64,000 bases of DNA from a virus, in IMG/VR virus record IMGVR_UViG_3300025030_000046, positions 64,001 to 128,000 of that record. One strand, 5' to 3'. Of this stretch, positions 60,287 to 64,000 are shown one piece after another. Position numbers and translations under genes: made by a program. The notes under the pieces were generated by a model. That model was not told the DNA's origin. It saw nothing but the letters and a program-made list of their open reading frames with translations, and did no database searches. Position 1 is the stretch's first letter; each line of letters opens with the position of its first letter.

Positions 60287-62395
60287 TTGGATAATATAAA
60301 AATAACCCTACATAAGCGTGACCGCACAATGGTCTATAATCTTTATGACATAATTAATCCAGTATACATCGAAGTTTATGGAGGAATTAACACTCTTGAT
60401 TTTAGCATTCCTTATACTTGCCCTGATTTTTTAACTCATGAAATGATAGACAATCCAGCGATTAGTTTAATTAAACCTTTTTATTTAGTAAAATTTAACG
60501 ATGAGTGGTTTATTATAGATAAAGTTGATAAGATATCGGACGATAAAAGTGTTCTTAATATAAAAACTCATTCGTTAGGATATGAACTAAAAAATAAAAA
60601 TATAAGAGGATTTAAAACTGGAATTGTTGATAATCCTGTAAAAAATTTAACAGACACAATGAATTTAATATTGGTTAATACAAACTGGTCGGTAGACCAC
60701 GTAGATGTTTCTCTCGATTTACTATATAGAGCCATTGAAATATCTGATAAATCAGTATTGGATGCAATAATTAATGATGTGTGTATTAAGTGGGATTGTG
60801 TCCCTAAGTTTTCGACAGAAACCAGAAAGATGTCATTCGTTAATTATAAAACAGATGGTTTGGATTTAGGATTATATATATCTGAAAATAAGTACCTAAA
60901 GAACATACAATTTGAAATGGAAGAAGATTCAATTTGCACCAAGCTTAAAATATTCGGGAAAAACAACATTAGCATAAACCAAGTGAATCCAAGTGGTCAA
61001 AATTACATTAGTGATTTCAGTTATTTCAAGCAAGATGGATATATGACTTCGGGATTAAAAACAGCTCTTGAAAATTATGAAACAGCTATAAGTAATAATC
61101 AAACAACTTTTCAGAATTATGTATCTCAGAAAACAACTTTGCAAACTCAGCTCTCAGATAAAGAACATGAACTAGATGTTTATATAACAGATTCAACATT
61201 GGGACTTAATGCAATACAGCAAGCTAAAGATATTGCAATAAGTAATGGTCAAGATATAAATGCTACTCAAACTACAATTGAGAATGGAATATTACAATCA
61301 GCAACTTTAAACACCGCGGTGTTGAGTACTAATACATTGAGTGATAGAGATGATTATTATAACGGTTGTAGTATAACTATTACTTCTGGAGCTGGCGTAG
61401 GTCAAACTAAGACTATTACTGATTATGTTGCAAGTAGTAAGACTATAATCGTGAATAGTAATTGGTCGACAATACCTAATAATACTTCAATGTACAATAT
61501 AACCAATTCTTCTATTTTAGCTGAAGAAACTAGAAGACAGAATGTGGTTAATACAATCCAAGATGAGGTAGATTATATAGCTTTGCAAATTAGTGATATT
61601 GATGATGATATTTCAACACTTAGAAACTCTATAGATATTTCAACTTACTTAACTTCAGACCAATTAGAGGAATTGAATGATTGGACTATTGAAAAGGTTT
61701 ATACAGATACCGCTATTACAGAACAAGGTGATTCACTAGATGTTTTGCAGCAATTATTGACTGAAGCTCAAAAGCAATTATCATTACAAAACCAACCAAG
61801 ATTTAATGCTACCGTTGATGTAGTTGATTTTTGTCAGGCAGTAAATGTTGATATTTCAGAAAAAGATAGATTAAAAATTGGTAGCATAGTAATGGTAAGA
61901 CATTCAAAATTGAATATAGATTTAGTTTGTAAGATTATAGAGATTGAGCGTGATTATTTTAATTATAAAATTACAATAAAAATTGCTAATGAGAAAAGTA
62001 TTAAGAATGGATTTACTCTTATAAAAGATATCTTGAAAAATGTTTCTACTACTAGTGCTTTTTTATCTTTGAATTCTGATTTGTGGTCTAATGGTGGATC
62101 TGCAAATGATTTGATATCAGGTTTCTTGAATAATAGCATGGATGCCACTAAACAAATGATAACTGCTGGAGTAAATAATGAAGTTCAGATTAATAATAGG
62201 GGAATAACTATTGTTGATCCTACTGAACCTCAATATGTGCAGCGGTTCGTATGTGGCTCTTGGGGTCTCAGCGAGGATTTTGGAAACTCATTCTCCATCG
62301 GAGCAAGCAAAGGGGTCATTCACGGAGAAATCATCAGTGGCAAAATTTACCTAAAATCCAAAGGCAAGTTTTCATCCGTTAAATATAAAATATAA
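60287..62395 (+). CDS. tail spike/baseplate hub (prophage endopeptidase-like, YomG-like), possibly C-terminally truncated
   Basis: Follows Dit; ICTKLKIFGK, NPSGQNYISDFSYF motifs; ends shortly after GEIISGK. Confidence 0.75.
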   Translation: MDNIKITLHKRDRTMVYNLYDIINPVYIEVYGGINTLDFSIPYTCPDFLTHEMIDNPAISLIKPFYLVKFNDEWFIIDKVDKISDDKSVLNIKTHSLGYELKNKNIRGFKTGIVDNPVKNLTDTMNLILVNTNWSVDHVDVSLDLLYRAIEISDKSVLDAIINDVCIKWDCVPKFSTETRKMSFVNYKTDGLDLGLYISENKYLKNIQFEMEEDSICTKLKIFGKNNISINQVNPSGQNYISDFSYFKQDGYMTSGLKTALENYETAISNNQTTFQNYVSQKTTLQTQLSDKEHELDVYITDSTLGLNAIQQAKDIAISNGQDINATQTTIENGILQSATLNTAVLSTNTLSDRDDYYNGCSITITSGAGVGQTKTITDYVASSKTIIVNSNWSTIPNNTSMYNITNSSILAEETRRQNVVNTIQDEVDYIALQISDIDDDISTLRNSIDISTYLTSDQLEELNDWTIEKVYTDTAITEQGDSLDVLQQLLTEAQKQLSLQNQPRFNATVDVVDFCQAVNVDISEKDRLKIGSIVMVRHSKLNIDLVCKIIEIERDYFNYKITIKIANEKSIKNGFTLIKDILKNVSTTSAFLSLNSDLWSNGGSANDLISGFLNNSMDATKQMITAGVNNEVQINNRGITIVDPTEPQYVQRFVCGSWGLSEDFGNSFSIGASKGVIHGEIISGKIYLKSKGKFSSVKYKI

Positions 62396-62593
62396 AATAT
62401 AAAATTTCGCAAAGATAGACTGAGCTTAATTGCCTCAATTGATAAGAGTGGATTTCATATCAACATTTATTAATATCATTAATATTTTCTCTTGACATGT
62501 ATTAGTTTTATTGATAATATCAATATATAAAGAAATTTTATATTGGTTAATTTTATGGTATAATTAAACAAAAAATGTTGATGAGGGATTTTA

Positions 62594-62803
62594 ATGGCGG
62601 TAAAGAATAGACTAAAAGAAATATTATATAACAGAGGTATAAAGCAAACTTGGTTAGCGGAACAAGTTAATATAACTCCGACAACATTAGGAAATATATT
62701 ACACAATAGATATAACACCTCTTTGGAAGTAGCTCTTAAACTAGCGTTTGTATTAAATTTAAAAGTTGAAGATATCTTTGAGTTGAGCGACAACATAAAA
62801 TGA
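62594..62803 (+). CDS. XRE-family HTH regulator
   Basis: KNRLKEIL...KQTWLAEQV...SLEVALKLA...VEDIF. Confidence 0.85.
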   Translation: MAVKNRLKEILYNRGIKQTWLAEQVNITPTTLGNILHNRYNTSLEVALKLAFVLNLKVEDIFELSDNIK

Positions 62804-62825
62804 TGTATATTTTTTATAAAATATG

Positions 62826-62854
62826 TTGACACGCAACATATACTTCTATATAAT
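62826..62854 (+). promoter_or_regulatory. consensus sigmaA promoter
   Basis: TTGACA-17bp-TATAAT. Confidence 0.7.
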
Positions 62855-62916
62855 CATATTGCGAGGTAAATTATGGTTTTAATTTAATCTCAAAATAATG
62901 TATAGGAGGTCTTGTA

Positions 62917-63228
62917 ATGTCTAGAGAAATAAAAGAAATAAGTATTAATGAGTTTGAGAATGAATTTAAAACATCAGAAGGTAAGACAGTTAGTATAGAC
63001 GTAAGGGGAAGTATAAGCTTTTTGAAGATAGTCAATGATTTTGATATTTGGCAGGATGAAAATAAAATTGCTTTATGTGATTGTAATGACGAAAGTGAAG
63101 TTGGTATTCAGAAGCAAGACATTGTTTGCATTGTTCAAGATGAAAGAATATCAAGTATTAAAACAGCCAACATATTCCTGAGAAATGGATTAGAAATAAA
63201 TTTGCAGGAGGACGTAGATAATGAATAA
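62917..63228 (+). CDS. hypothetical protein
   Basis: AGGAGG RBS; 103 aa. Confidence 0.6.
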   Translation: MSREIKEISINEFENEFKTSEGKTVSIDVRGSISFLKIVNDFDIWQDENKIALCDCNDESEVGIQKQDIVCIVQDERISSIKTANIFLRNGLEINLQEDVDNE

Positions 63229-64000
63229 TTTAATATTATTTAAAAGCGAAAAGTTCGAAAATACAACTTGTGATTTTTGGAGCAATAATAATGATGATAT
63301 TTTTATGAGTATTATACAATTAGCAGAAGTATTAGGTTATTCTAGTAAGAGTGGTATTGAAAACATCTTAAACAGAAATGAATATTTGAAGAATAATGAA
63401 TTTTCAAGTACCCACAAATTGAATGTAGTTGAAGGTAATCGTGAAGTATCAAGGAAAACAAGAGTTTTCACTGAAGATGGCATATATGAAGTAACTCTTC
63501 TAGCCAAAACAGAAAAAGCAAAGCAGTTTAGAAAATGGGTAAGAGATGTACTAAAAGGATTAAGAAAAGGTGAATTAAAATTAACTCAACAATTCAATTT
63601 ACCAATTACCTATAAAGAAGCATTAGTTCAGTTACTTACTACAATTGAGAAAAATGAAAAATTAGAGGAGCAAAATAAAGTACTTATTCCCAAAGCTGAA
63701 GGGTATGATATACTAATTGACGCTCATAATTTTCAAAACTTTGGTGAGGTGGCTAAGTGCTTCGGGATCGGACGCAATTCATTATATTCTTTATTAAGAA
63801 GGGAAAAAATTCTCATGAATAACAATGTTCCATATCAGAAGTACTTAAATAATGATTATTTCTTAGTAAAGGAGGTTAGCATACTTCGTGGACAATATTA
63901 TTTTAATGGCACTCAAACCTTCATCAAGCCAAAAGGATTAGATTTTTTGAAGAATTTGCTAAAAGAAAAAGGCTTCTGCGTCAACAGTTTAGCCCTCAAC
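63221..64000 (+). CDS. BRO-N/KilA-C phage antirepressor (runs off the window end)
   Basis: Manual translation: VFTEDGIYEV...AKQFRKWV, LPITYKEAL, PKAEGYD, GIGRNSLY, NNVPYQKY, KPKGL. Confidence 0.85.
   Translation, partial: MNNLILFKSEKFENTTCDFWSNNNDDIFMSIIQLAEVLGYSSKSGIENILNRNEYLKNNEFSSTHKLNVVEGNREVSRKTRVFTEDGIYEVTLLAKTEKAKQFRKWVRDVLKGLRKGELKLTQQFNLPITYKEALVQLLTTIEKNEKLEEQNKVLIPKAEGYDILIDAHNFQNFGEVAKCFGIGRNSLYSLLRREKILMNNNVPYQKYLNNDYFLVKEVSILRGQYYFNGTQTFIKPKGLDFLKNLLKEKGFCVNSLALN

Noticed and set aside
1020-62832. Short antisense ORFs in the track (e.g. 1020, 15896, 33566, 38175, 58990, 62479)
   Set aside because: Shadow frames opposite well-supported genes, with no RBS and no recognisable motifs

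Overview
The whole 64-kb window is a very AT-rich, SPbeta-like large temperate phage or prophage, probably of a spore-forming Firmicute (Clostridia-like). No host genes or att ends are visible. Layout: (i) 0.1-3.6 kb, a lysogeny switch with a LexA/CI-like repressor convergent on a YopQ(SroE)-YopR(MrpR/SroF)-like pair; (ii) 3.8-20.5 kb, a leftward run of small accessory genes plus a DUF4942-type adenine methyltransferase and an LPD29-like polyvalent protein; (iii) 20.5-22.2 kb, a 1.7-kb non-coding region with a compositional switch; (iv) 22.2-29 kb, helicase-like, HNH, tyrosine recombinase, Spo0E-like, CoiA-like and sigma-region-4 genes; (v) 29.4-62.4 kb, a rightward morphogenesis module in SPbeta yonK-to-yomG order (terminase, portal, scaffold, capsid, tail tube, tape measure, distal tail, tail spike); (vi) an HTH/antirepressor block at the right end. 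Main unexplained signals: (1) two integron-like cassette arrays in the tail region, delimited by 7-6-7 dyad sites that fuse variable C-terminal domains in frame to short N-terminal stubs, flanking a XerD-like recombinase; (2) a coiled-coil protein followed by a ~307-nt end-paired RNA with 7-nt periodic repeats; (3) a 16-bp 5-6-5 palindrome at most gene junctions of the accessory arm; (4) a strand-biased CTGTTATA octamer concentrated in that arm; (5) a promoter-bearing tRNA-like RNA cassette. Family names come from motif recognition and synteny, not database searches.
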